In this document: piece after piece, positions 26,434 through 35,171 of the stretch
How the letters are laid out: the number at the start of each line of letters is the position of its first letter
Position numbering within the stretch: position 1 is the stretch's first letter
NCBI GenBank assembly: GCA_964357925.1
Contig: CAYHMW010000004.1
Coordinates: 1 to 62,536, forward strand
Length of the DNA stretch: 62,536 nt
Direction: 5' to 3'
Source: an uncultured Gammaproteobacteria bacterium
Lineage (GTDB): Bacteria; Patescibacteriota; Microgenomatia; UBA8517
The notes under the pieces: model-generated
What the model was told of the DNA's origin: nothing
Databases searched by the model: none
Seen by the model: the letters and a program-made list of their open reading frames with translations, nothing else
Translations under genes and position numbers: made by a program

Positions 26434-26922
26434 CTAACCTCCAAAGCCCAACACGAACTCGATCATTTCGGTCAGATGATTCTGAAAAACGCTGATGACA
26501 CTGACATCATCGTCTGCACCAGCCGCTTTCAGAACATTATCAACCAACCGATTAGCAAAGGCTGCCTCGTCATGTTGCTGATAAAGATCAACAATCGCAA
26601 CCACAACGGCTAGCCGTGCCCGGCTGTCATTATCTTTGGCAAGAAAAAACTCGGCAGCCTTGCCAAATACTTCCCGCACAAACTCGCGCCGTGGCGCGAG
26701 GCGCACGCCGGGCTTACCCGGGATGTTATCGAATTCCCGGATCATGCCCATTCCTTCAAGCCGAGCAACGACCACATTATTTAAGTCCATAAGTAAGTTG
26801 CTGGCTAATGTGTGCAACCACACCTCAGGACTTGTATGCTTCGAGTCCGCGACATTCGCTTTGGCGAATTCATAAACTCGTCCGACACATTCTTTTTCTT
26901 GGACACTCAATTGTCGTGGCAT
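26434..26922 (-). CDS. hypothetical protein
   Basis: ORF track, with a terminator downstream. Confidence 0.5.
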   Translation of the reverse strand: MPRQLSVQEKECVGRVYEFAKANVADSKHTSPEVWLHTLASNLLMDLNNVVVARLEGMGMIREFDNIPGKPGVRLAPRREFVREVFGKAAEFFLAKDNDSRARLAVVVAIVDLYQQHDEAAFANRLVDNVLKAAGADDDVSVISVFQNHLTEMIEFVLGFGG

Positions 26923-26979
26923 TTAAGCCTCCACTATATTAACAGTACCCCCATATTATAGGCCAGAAGTCTACCTTAA

Positions 26980-27996
26980 TCAAATATATATCCCCTTTTT
27001 CGGCAAGAAGAAGCCACGCTTCAATTCCTTGATGAAGACATTAAGATTCGGCCCCAGATTCAGTTTGTCCCAATCGGACAATAACATTATCGCCAATATG
27101 TTACGGTGCTCCAGTCTCTCCAAAGTTGATTTCGCTCCCTCTTTTGGAATAAGCCCACGGTCCTCATCAAATACTTCGATCAAATAGTCTTGGCACTTCT
27201 TAACAATTTCGTGATCACCCTTGCCACACAATCTAAAGACCAACCCAACTTCAGCAATCAAATCAGCATTCCGCTCCTGCAAAATCCTTTCAAAATTCTC
27301 TTCAAAAAACTTGAGAACCCACTCAAACTTCTCACCATCCAAAGTCCTCTGGTAATAATAAGAAGCCGCCAAAATCAAGTGGGTGTGGCCATATATTTTA
27401 TTCTCAAAGAGGAGACCCTTGAAATCCTTTTTGTTAGCCCAATAGTCACGAATGGCATCAATCAAACGGTCTTCGTAATCATGTGTCCGCAAAAACTGAA
27501 GATAAAAAGTATAATTTGAAACGCCAGAAGGGTTGTCTTTTAGCATTTCTGGGCTAAACAGCCACTTCGCAAAATCAATTTTCTTAAGTTCCTGCAAAGC
27601 AACATCAAAAAAAGGCTTTACCTTCGGGTGTTCATGCAAATAAAAGGTTTTCAAATAAAACATGTACTTAATTACCTGGAAGTAGTAAAGCTGTTGCGGA
27701 TCTCCCATATAAAGCTCGCGACGGGCAACCATCCTCTCTGTCTTCCCACTCCATTTAGAAAGTTTCCTCTTGCCCTCCTCTTCTACATATTTCCTGTTCG
27801 CGATATTGACTACATAGTCAAAACCTCGAAGCGAAAGAAGTTGATAACTGGCAAGTATCGGCTGGATATAAAGATGGTCATTATCAATCCTCCATTTACG
27901 AACAAGGTAATGCCACTGAAATTTCGGCCGCAAAAAGACCAAATTATCCTCATAGGTTTCCACGATTTTATCGGCAATTTTTGTATATTTACTCAC
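26980..27996 (-). CDS. hypothetical protein; last gene of the ATP-grasp operon
   Basis: ORF track. Lies 5 nt downstream of the RimK-like gene on the same strand. Confidence 0.55.
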   Translation of the reverse strand: MSKYTKIADKIVETYEDNLVFLRPKFQWHYLVRKWRIDNDHLYIQPILASYQLLSLRGFDYVVNIANRKYVEEEGKRKLSKWSGKTERMVARRELYMGDPQQLYYFQVIKYMFYLKTFYLHEHPKVKPFFDVALQELKKIDFAKWLFSPEMLKDNPSGVSNYTFYLQFLRTHDYEDRLIDAIRDYWANKKDFKGLLFENKIYGHTHLILAASYYYQRTLDGEKFEWVLKFFEENFERILQERNADLIAEVGLVFRLCGKGDHEIVKKCQDYLIEVFDEDRGLIPKEGAKSTLERLEHRNILAIMLLSDWDKLNLGPNLNVFIKELKRGFFLPKKGIYI

Positions 27997-28001
27997 AAAA
28001 T

Positions 28002-28877
28002 TTATATTTTGGTCTTCCCTATTAATGACTCAACATGCTCTACAAGCTTCAGTGGTACATTGTCGCCAGTTGCCTGGTGATAACCTTTAAAATTCGCGCT
28101 TCTGTTGATTTCAAGTATGTGAGGTTTATTGTGCTCATCATACATAATGTCCACCCCACAATAATCTGATTCAAATACAGCTGCCGCCCTCTCAGCCAAA
28201 TCGGCGAGTTCTGGTGTTGTATCCTCAGAAGTCACGATCCCACCCTGAGAAAAATTAGTAACATGCGATCCCTCCCTTGCTTTCTTCTTCATCATACGAG
28301 GCAATGCCCGACCACCAATCACAATAATTCGATAATCCTGAGCAGTTGGTAAAAAATCCTGAATGAGGTAATCAGTTGCTCGTTCACCTAAAGTTATCTC
28401 AAGCTCATGGCCATGATGTGCTTTCACAATCCCTTCCCCAAGCCTCCCAAAATTGGGTTTTACCATTACAGGGAAGTCTTTTTCACCCTGAAGAGCCTGA
28501 TCCTTGGTTGAATAAAGCCTGGTGCTAACAACAGGCAAGTGAGCTCTACTTAGCTCGAAGTTTTGAACAAGCTTCCCCAAATGTGGAAACTTAACAAAAG
28601 AAGCTCCATTAATGACAGGTATATTGTGCTCCATCAAATGCCTCGTCAAGATATCCTTATACCAAATCATCGACTTTCCCTCCGCCATCCGGAGAATCGC
28701 AGCACCATAGTTGCCAATCTGCTCACCGCCAAAACTAATATTGCGATCGCTGCCAATCTCAATACTCAAATCTCCATAATATCTGAGGTCAACTTCATGT
28801 CCTCTCGCTTCAAACGCGCCCGTTAGCTCACCGCTTATGAAGCTCGAGCCCGGCATAGTGACAATTAATACTTTCAT
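28002..28877 (-). CDS. RimK-family ATP-grasp ligase (alpha-L-glutamate-ligase-like)
   Basis: FPVMVKPNFGRLGEGI, DYRIIVIGGRA, THVTNFSQGG-like segment and GVDIMYD...ILEINRSANF are typical of RimK. Confidence 0.8.
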   Translation of the reverse strand: MKVLIVTMPGSSFISGELTGAFEARGHEVDLRYYGDLSIEIGSDRNISFGGEQIGNYGAAILRMAEGKSMIWYKDILTRHLMEHNIPVINGASFVKFPHLGKLVQNFELSRAHLPVVSTRLYSTKDQALQGEKDFPVMVKPNFGRLGEGIVKAHHGHELEITLGERATDYLIQDFLPTAQDYRIIVIGGRALPRMMKKKAREGSHVTNFSQGGIVTSEDTTPELADLAERAAAVFESDYCGVDIMYDEHNKPHILEINRSANFKGYHQATGDNVPLKLVEHVESLIGKTKI

Positions 28878-30175
28878 TTTTCTTTCTTTTTCCTGGGATT
28901 TATTAGAAATCCAACCAAATCTTTCCTCCCTATTATAACTTTAAATCGTAAATTTTTTCGGGTAGTAACTGATGCAACAGTATCAACTCTTCGGCCGGAA
29001 ATCCAGTATGTGAGTCCAATAACTGTACGTTTTTGCTTCCCAAGTGCAGACCGAAACTGCCTCTCCCAAAGTATATTTGATGGAACCAATAACCCAAGGG
29101 ACTCCGCCAACTCACGATCAACCGAGGTCCTCCAGGCACCGGAGTCGATTTTAGCACGCGCCTTAAAGCGTTTTTTCTTGCCTTTACCCTTCACAATTAC
29201 GTCCTCTATAACACTAACTGTCTTTACGCCCTCCTCATTTTTTATTAAATGTGTAAAGTGAGTCGCAAACAAAGCCTCAGAAATCTTTACCCCACGCTCT
29301 GGGGTCTTTACAGGGAGGTCATCCACCCGATCAAGTCGCTTCCGCAGTCCCGCATTGTTGGCAAGCTGTATCTGAAGTCCCGGTTGGCTATTAACCTCCA
29401 CAACCATCGGACCACGTTCAGGATGTAAAAAGATATCAACCCCAAGATACCCAAGCCCTTCAATATCTTGACATCGAGCAGCGATGCTTAAAATTTCTTT
29501 CCAATGTGGAATACGAATACCATGAAGCTTTCGCTTAGTGCCTGGCTTAAGGTTCACCGGCTCGCCATGCCACACAGCATGGGTAGTTATACCACTTGCA
29601 ATATCGACACCCACCCCAATTGCTCCTTGATGAAGATTGGCGCGACCCCCAGATTCACGCGTAGGGAGCCTAAGCATTGCCATTACAGGCACATAATTAA
29701 AAATAATAATTCGAATATCGGGCGTCCCACGGTATGCATACTTTCTAAATGCTTTATGCCTGGGAACATACTCTTGAATGAGTGCCATATCACGACTAGA
29801 TCTTTGGCTATAGGCACCTTCGAGTATGTCCAGAACGTGAAGTTGCAGATCACTCTTGTTTACCTTTTCTCGAGTAGTTGTAATCCAACTCGTGCCATCC
29901 TTGGATTTCTTCTTAACAACCAAAATCCCGTCACCGCCAAGCCCTTTATTTGGTTTAACCACAAAGGCAGCCGGCAAGCTATCCCAGTTAAATTCAAGTA
30001 CATCAGACGGTTTCTTAAACTTTTTGAAGATTCTTGGAGTCGGAATATCAAGTTTCTTAAGTGCTTTATTTGTGAGATTCTTCGATCTGGCGACTTTCTT
30101 GCCCCGCTTCTTATTATACGGGTAAGAAAATAAAGCTGCTCTTGAATTTAAACCCAAAATTGATGACGGCTTCAT
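28874..30175 (-). CDS. alpha-L-glutamate-ligase-related ATP-grasp fused to a C-terminal retropepsin-like domain (the family annotated as ATP-dependent zinc protease)
   Basis: N-terminus ILGLNSRAALFSYPYN...K.L.TK and the ATP-grasp core (VVKPNKGLGGDGI, NLHQGAIGVGVD, LGVDIFL...VVEVNSQPG). The C-terminal AKIDSGAWRTSVD...IIGRKDL resembles the PF05618-type domain. Confidence 0.7.
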   Translation of the reverse strand: MKPSSILGLNSRAALFSYPYNKKRGKKVARSKNLTNKALKKLDIPTPRIFKKFKKPSDVLEFNWDSLPAAFVVKPNKGLGGDGILVVKKKSKDGTSWITTTREKVNKSDLQLHVLDILEGAYSQRSSRDMALIQEYVPRHKAFRKYAYRGTPDIRIIIFNYVPVMAMLRLPTRESGGRANLHQGAIGVGVDIASGITTHAVWHGEPVNLKPGTKRKLHGIRIPHWKEILSIAARCQDIEGLGYLGVDIFLHPERGPMVVEVNSQPGLQIQLANNAGLRKRLDRVDDLPVKTPERGVKISEALFATHFTHLIKNEEGVKTVSVIEDVIVKGKGKKKRFKARAKIDSGAWRTSVDRELAESLGLLVPSNILWERQFRSALGKQKRTVIGLTYWISGRRVDTVASVTTRKNLRFKVIIGRKDLVGFLINPRKKKEK

Positions 30176-30187
30176 GCGACATTATTA

Positions 30188-31126
30188 TTAACTTTTGATA
30201 AGCTTCCTAAACCTCCAATATTCCAAAAAGCGAAGGCCAACATACTTACCTAAACCATAATTTATAATTGCTACCACAAGAAGCAGGAGTTCAGGGTTCA
30301 AAAGTGCCCACGATTGCATCGCACGGAGTGTTAAAAACATAAACGATACAAGTGATAATATTATTGTCTCAGTTGTCACCATTACAGCCGTCCTTCCGCT
30401 TTTTCCTATCTGCACTTTACTGAATTCCTCACTCAAAAGAACAAGTATTAAGACTGGGAAAATAGATACGTTAGTAAAATCCGGGTGACGGACTATTGGA
30501 GCCAAATACAAAAGTACCGCAAGCACACCAACAACTACAAACCAAAGTATGAAAGCAAGCCTCGGCAGATACTGAAGTCTTATGTGAGTTTGTCTAAACA
30601 CAATACGCAGGAACATCGAAGCAGAAACTATAACCATAAAGAGCCCGATCCCAACAATTGGTCCGATAGCCAAAAATACAATTGACAAAGCAGCCGGCAA
30701 AAAAAGTCCAAATCCTCGAAGCCCAATAACATGTCGGGCGCCAGCAATTACAGTGGCAACAACAGGCAACAAAAGAAGAAGCACAATTGTGTTAACAGGA
30801 ACACCAACATTGACAGAGTTCCTAATAGCGTATTTAAGTGGGTTGAATGGAAACAAAGACCCAATCTCTTGATCTCGAAGTAGTTTAACAAGTGGCTCCA
30901 CCGTCTCGGGAACATCTTGAGTTATATCAGGACGAACAATAGGCATCGGCTGAGGCGTGATCTCTGCAGAAGCCGTAGCACTGGCAGACGCAGTAGCATC
31001 CTCCACCTTAACCACCGTCGACTTCAGACTCGGACTCGCTTTTTTAGCTTGAGCTGAGGCGACACCCGGAGTCCCAAAGAACACAGCCACGACAAAAAGC
31101 AAAGTTATAAAAAATCTGGAGTTCAT
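30188..31126 (-). CDS. 7-TM membrane protein of the type associated with RimK-like ATP-grasp systems (7TM_transglut-like, without a transglutaminase domain)
   Basis: Signal peptide and a short extracytoplasmic segment, then about 7 hydrophobic helices (GLRGFGLFLPAALSIVF...). Gene context supports the call. Confidence 0.55.
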   Translation of the reverse strand: MNSRFFITLLFVVAVFFGTPGVASAQAKKASPSLKSTVVKVEDATASASATASAEITPQPMPIVRPDITQDVPETVEPLVKLLRDQEIGSLFPFNPLKYAIRNSVNVGVPVNTIVLLLLLPVVATVIAGARHVIGLRGFGLFLPAALSIVFLAIGPIVGIGLFMVIVSASMFLRIVFRQTHIRLQYLPRLAFILWFVVVGVLAVLLYLAPIVRHPDFTNVSIFPVLILVLLSEEFSKVQIGKSGRTAVMVTTETIILSLVSFMFLTLRAMQSWALLNPELLLLVVAIINYGLGKYVGLRFLEYWRFRKLIKS

Positions 31127-31167
31127 GGGGCTATTATACTACAAAAAAGCCGAAAGCAAGCGAGATC

Positions 31168-31392
31168 TCAATCTTGTATCTGAATCCCAAGCATGTAAAG
31201 AACCGCCTCTTTTTTGTAGCGACGATCGCCACGGGAATTGATCCTAATTGGAGGAAGTTTCCCCCGCTTACCCCACCTCTTAATCGTCAACGGAGAAACT
31301 CTCAAAAGATCAGCAACCTCACGTACAGTCAGAAGATCAGGGAGATTCTTCATGTCCACTTGCCTCTTAATCGCTTTGGTATTCATAATCAT
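31168..31392 (-). CDS. excisionase/MerR-type HTH DNA-binding protein
   Basis: LLTVREVADLLRVSPLTIKRWGKRGKLPPIRINSRGDRRY matches the HTH_17/excisionase-like pattern. Confidence 0.75.
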   Translation of the reverse strand: MIMNTKAIKRQVDMKNLPDLLTVREVADLLRVSPLTIKRWGKRGKLPPIRINSRGDRRYKKEAVLYMLGIQIQD

Positions 31393-31450
31393 AGTTTGAG
31401 CTAGTCTTGAGCCTAAGTCACATCAAACTCTGATCAGAAGATATCAAAGC

Positions 31451-31801
31451 ATGTCGCGATGTGCAAGAACCAAATATGCTAAAATTTACATAATGCAATT
31501 GAAGCACTACCCTGTCCAAGAATTGGAATCGGAAATCAAGGCAATAATCGGCCAAAAACTCGACCTTAATGAATATGAACTTTTCTATTTTGGCAGTAGA
31601 GTTACAGACAGAGGAGATGAACACTCAGATATAGACATCGGCATAAAAGGCCCAAAAAAAGTTCCACTTAACATCTTGAGTGAAATTGAAGAAGATATAG
31701 AATGGATACCAACATTATATTCGATTGATGTTGTAGACTTTAATTCTGTATCAGATGACATGAAGAGCGTTGCCTTAGAAAAAATAGAAAAAATAATATG
31801 A
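31451..31801 (+). CDS. nucleotidyltransferase (MNT-type) domain protein
   Basis: The GS...D.D signature: YFGSRVTDRGDEHSDIDIGI. Confidence 0.75.
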   Translation: MSRCARTKYAKIYIMQLKHYPVQELESEIKAIIGQKLDLNEYELFYFGSRVTDRGDEHSDIDIGIKGPKKVPLNILSEIEEDIEWIPTLYSIDVVDFNSVSDDMKSVALEKIEKII

Positions 31802-32184
31802 CAAAACAAGAAGCTCAAATCTAACAACTTAAGGATGCAATAGAAAGTCTCAAGGAAGTTCTCAATCTCCCCAAAAACGAGATTATCCGCGATTCATCAA
31901 TCAAGAGATTTGAGATTACAATAGATCTTGCTTGGAAGACCCTCAAAACAATTCTTGAAGAAAATGAAAATGTAATCGTCCAATCTCCAACAAAAGCATT
32001 CAGAGAAGCATACAAACAGGGCTTAATCGACAATGAAGGGAAATGGATTAAGTTTATTAAAATGAGAAACGAAACAACACACATGTACAAAGAATCAATG
32101 GCCGATGAGGTCTACCAAAAACTCCCTGAGGTCCTTCAGAGCCTAGAAAAGCTCTACGCTACCTTGTCCTTCAAGGCCTCATAG
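31798..32184 (+). pseudogene. HEPN / HI0074-family nucleotidyltransferase-substrate-binding protein gene with an in-frame TAA at codon 9
   Basis: Its ATG overlaps the MNT stop (ATGA). Translation is MTKQEAQI*QLKDAIESLKEVL...RDSSIKRFEITIDLAWKTLK...MRNETTHMY..., with no alternative ATG/GTG/TTG start near the stop. Absent from the ORF track. Confidence 0.65.
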
Positions 32185-33401
32185 TATAAGAGAAGATAAT
32201 CAGAAGCCTTATCCCACCGCTCACCTTGTGCCTCATTTGCAGCCAGTGCACGAAGGTGCGCCGCCTTCTTAGCTTGAAAATCCGAAAGCCTATAAACTTC
32301 AGCCAATTGTGTCCGCATAGTCTCCTCAACTTCCCCATTCATTGGAGCGCGCATATCCTTCCACAGCTTGACTTGGAGCGATGCCGCAATCGACGGCTCG
32401 AAAGCAAGCTTCACCTCATCGCGCAGTAGCTTATAAAACTCCTTCAAGCTCTCAGTTGCCTGCTTCCATTTGTTTTCGTTACGCTCCACACTTGCCTGCA
32501 CCATCAAAGTCGCCGCACGAGCTGCAAGACCTTTTGATATACCCCACTGCTCCCGCAAGTGCGAAAGAGCATAATCTCGGAATCTCGTCCCTTCAGGAAT
32601 ATTCTGAAGCCTCCACCACTCAATCTCAAGCTTTGCCGCCAACCTTGGCTTAAACTTAAAATGCTCTTCCTTATCATTCCCGCCAAACCTTCTCCTGCGC
32701 CTCGAATAATCAAGGATTGCTTCCCGAAAAAGCGAGTTACTAAAACCAGGAAAATGAGCGTCGACCCAATACATCTCAGCGTAATTCATTTGCCACATCA
32801 AAAACCCACTAACTCTCTGTTCCCCAGAAGTTCGAATCACAAGATCAACATAAGGATACGGCTGGTCACGAGTATCTAAATATTTAGAAAAAAGGTCTGC
32901 ATTAATGTCTTGAACTTGTACTTCGTCTTGAACTATAGCGCGAACCGCGCGAAGAATATCATCCTGTCCACCATAATCTATAGCTATATTTCCGATGTGC
33001 TTTTTGTAGTGCATAGTTTCACTCTCTGCCCATTCAATTTTTTTGAGCAAAAACCCTGGAATCCGATCTTTTCTTCCTAAATGAACAAGACGAATCTTTT
33101 CCTTGTGTGCATCCTTTATGTATATATCTATAAGCCTCGCATAAAGCCTCATGAGATAATTAATCTCACGCCGAGCCCTATCCCAATTTTCTGTCGAAAA
33201 ACCCCAAAGTGTAACAGTGTGAACCCCCATCGCCCGAGCTGCACGAGCCAGCTCAACCGCACGATCGAAACCAGCCTTATGTCCCTCCAAAGTATTTAAA
33301 CCACGAGCGCGTGCCCAACGCCTATTCCCATCAGGGATAAGAGCAATGTGGTTAGGAATCTTGGTCCCGGCTGGAAGTTTAATGATTTCGCTTGAAGTCA
33401 T
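32154..33401 (-). CDS. uppS: undecaprenyl-diphosphate synthase with a C-terminal helical extension of about 170 aa
   Basis: HIALIPDGNRRWA, TLWGFSTENW and RTSGEQRVSGFLMWQ motifs form the cis-prenyltransferase core in about the first 245 aa. No family was recognised for the remainder. Confidence 0.85.
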   Translation of the reverse strand: MTSSEIIKLPAGTKIPNHIALIPDGNRRWARARGLNTLEGHKAGFDRAVELARAARAMGVHTVTLWGFSTENWDRARREINYLMRLYARLIDIYIKDAHKEKIRLVHLGRKDRIPGFLLKKIEWAESETMHYKKHIGNIAIDYGGQDDILRAVRAIVQDEVQVQDINADLFSKYLDTRDQPYPYVDLVIRTSGEQRVSGFLMWQMNYAEMYWVDAHFPGFSNSLFREAILDYSRRRRRFGGNDKEEHFKFKPRLAAKLEIEWWRLQNIPEGTRFRDYALSHLREQWGISKGLAARAATLMVQASVERNENKWKQATESLKEFYKLLRDEVKLAFEPSIAASLQVKLWKDMRAPMNGEVEETMRTQLAEVYRLSDFQAKKAAHLRALAANEAQGERWDKASDYLLLYYEALKDKVA

Positions 33402-33455
33402 ATCAGAAGGACCAAATTATACCACAGCATAACCTTAAATTCCTCTCATTTACTC

Positions 33456-33968
33456 TCAAGAAAGTACATCACTATAATCATTGATTATAATCTTAAACCA
33501 CGGAGTATAAATCTCGGGGTGCTTTGCCATGTCGGCTCTAAGTTCCTCAATACCCACCCATTTGTGATCGGAGAGCTCCTTCGGATCAGGCTTAAACTTC
33601 CCATCATAAATCCCTGTAAACACATGATCAATTTCATTCTCCCCATATTGCTCATCATATACAGCACTATATATAAAGCTAAACTTTTCTATCAAACCAG
33701 TGCTAATTCCCAATTCTTCCTTAAGACGCCTATCTGCACAATCATTGTAGCTTTCACCTGGAAAGACATTTGCACAAACACTATTTGTCCAATAGCCCGG
33801 CCACGTAAACTTCTCAGGTGCCCGCTTCGTTATAAGCATCTCCCCCCTAGAATTAAACAGAAGAATCGAAATCGCTCGATGAAGCTTTGCGGGGTTTCGA
33901 TGTGCTTCATAAATCTCCGCTACACCCAACTCCCTGTCATTCTCATCCACCAATACTACCTCACGCAT
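33456..33968 (-). CDS. idi: isopentenyl-diphosphate delta-isomerase, type 1 (Nudix fold)
   Basis: LHRAISILLFNSRGEMLITKRA..K..WPGYWTNSVC and ...NEIDHVF are Idi type 1 motifs. Confidence 0.8.
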   Translation of the reverse strand: MREVVLVDENDRELGVAEIYEAHRNPAKLHRAISILLFNSRGEMLITKRAPEKFTWPGYWTNSVCANVFPGESYNDCADRRLKEELGISTGLIEKFSFIYSAVYDEQYGENEIDHVFTGIYDGKFKPDPKELSDHKWVGIEELRADMAKHPEIYTPWFKIIINDYSDVLS

Positions 33969-34109
33969 AGATGCACATTATAATGTAGCCGCCACCCCGC
34001 AAATACTCTCGAAAATACCAGGAATAATTGCTAATGACTATTCAGGGCTGATATCATACACCTTGTACTTTGAGAGAGAGGCAGAGCGCAACTAAAAAAG
34101 GAGGCACAG

Positions 34110-34301
34110 ATGAATAAGCGACACAAAAAGAGCAAGAGTCGTTCATTGCACAGCACAAGCACAAACCTATTTTCACAAGCTCAATTTCAGAAAGACGACG
34201 TTCCCAAACAAAAGCCTATTCAAACCCACGAACAGTGGATCAACTTTTTGATCCACCTAACCCCTCAAGAAAGAAGAGACTGGGGTGGTGCTATCGATTG
34301 A
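34110..34301 (+). CDS. hypothetical small basic protein
   Basis: Strong AAGGAGG RBS upstream of the ATG. Confidence 0.45.
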   Translation: MNKRHKKSKSRSLHSTSTNLFSQAQFQKDDVPKQKPIQTHEQWINFLIHLTPQERRDWGGAID

Positions 34302-34308
34302 TTTGATC

Positions 34309-35070
34309 TTAAGTTCTCCTCTCTCTCAGCACCATCCACAGGAAAACTGCAGTTGCCTTCCAAACTCGCTTGTAATGCCCGCCCTCCATCAATAATCTCC
34401 ACAACCACTCTAACCCAAACCTCGCCATAAACTGGGGGGGCAGAGTCTTCGATCCTGCATAATAATCGAGAGCGCCGCCAACGACCATAACTCCACCAAC
34501 TTTAAGTTGGTTGTAATTTCTAGCTACCCACAACTCTTGCTTCGGAGCACCAAAGGCAACAATCAACAAATCCGGACCAAATTTATTGATTCTGTCAACT
34601 ATATCTTTCTCATAACTAAGAGCTAATTTTGTGTCAGGGACGCCATCCCGGCCAATAACAAGTATCCCGTCACCATCAAACTTAGCGCCACCAAATTCCT
34701 TACTGGCTTTATCAACTGCCCAATTGTTTACAGTCGCCGACGCCCCCAGCAAAAAAACTTTTAAATTACGTTTACCTGCAAACTCAAACAACTTGAGCAT
34801 CATCTCCCTACCGGTTATTCGCTCAAGACTACTGTTTATGAGTAATAGTCCAACTCCATCTGGCAATGCTATGTCCGAAGTGTTCAAAGCCTCCAAAAAA
34901 ACAGGATTATCTGTAGACTCCACTATCATTTCAGGGTTCGGAGTTACTATAAAAAATTTACGCCTCAATTTGAGGCTAGACTCCACAAAGTCTAGCACTT
35001 CTCCTACGGAAGTGCTAGATAACTCAACATTTAATATCTTGACGTCTTTACGGGGTTTATTTAGTCTCAT
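34309..35070 (-). CDS. WecB/TagA/CpsF-family glycosyltransferase
   Basis: ...TPNPEM..., ALPDGVGL, FGAPKQELW and LEWLWRL motifs. Start set at the internal ATG (MRLNKPRK), because the upstream extension runs through repeat elements. Confidence 0.8.
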   Translation of the reverse strand: MRLNKPRKDVKILNVELSSTSVGEVLDFVESSLKLRRKFFIVTPNPEMIVESTDNPVFLEALNTSDIALPDGVGLLLINSSLERITGREMMLKLFEFAGKRNLKVFLLGASATVNNWAVDKASKEFGGAKFDGDGILVIGRDGVPDTKLALSYEKDIVDRINKFGPDLLIVAFGAPKQELWVARNYNQLKVGGVMVVGGALDYYAGSKTLPPQFMARFGLEWLWRLLMEGGHYKRVWKATAVFLWMVLRERRT

Positions 35071-35140
35071 AATATTTATTTGAACCTGCTGTGCCCTTCC
35101 GTAGCCTTGGCGAAGGAGGGTCATCTCGCACTTCCCAACT

Positions 35141-35171
35141 GTCATCCCGCACGGAGATGCGGGATCCAGAA
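35141..35171 (+). repeat. 31-nt palindromic element, copy A (intergenic)
   Basis: GTCATCCCGCACGGAGATGCGGGATCCAGAA with hairpin ATCCCGCA-N6-TGCGGGAT. Near-identical copies lie at 48554 and 57602. Confidence 0.85.

Noticed and set aside
35071-35145. The N-terminal 25-codon extension of the tagA-like ORF (MTVGKCEMTLLRQGYGRAQQVQINI).
   Set aside because: The extension reads through GC-rich repeat-like sequence adjacent to the palindromic element. The family-typical N-terminus starts at the internal ATG at 35070.
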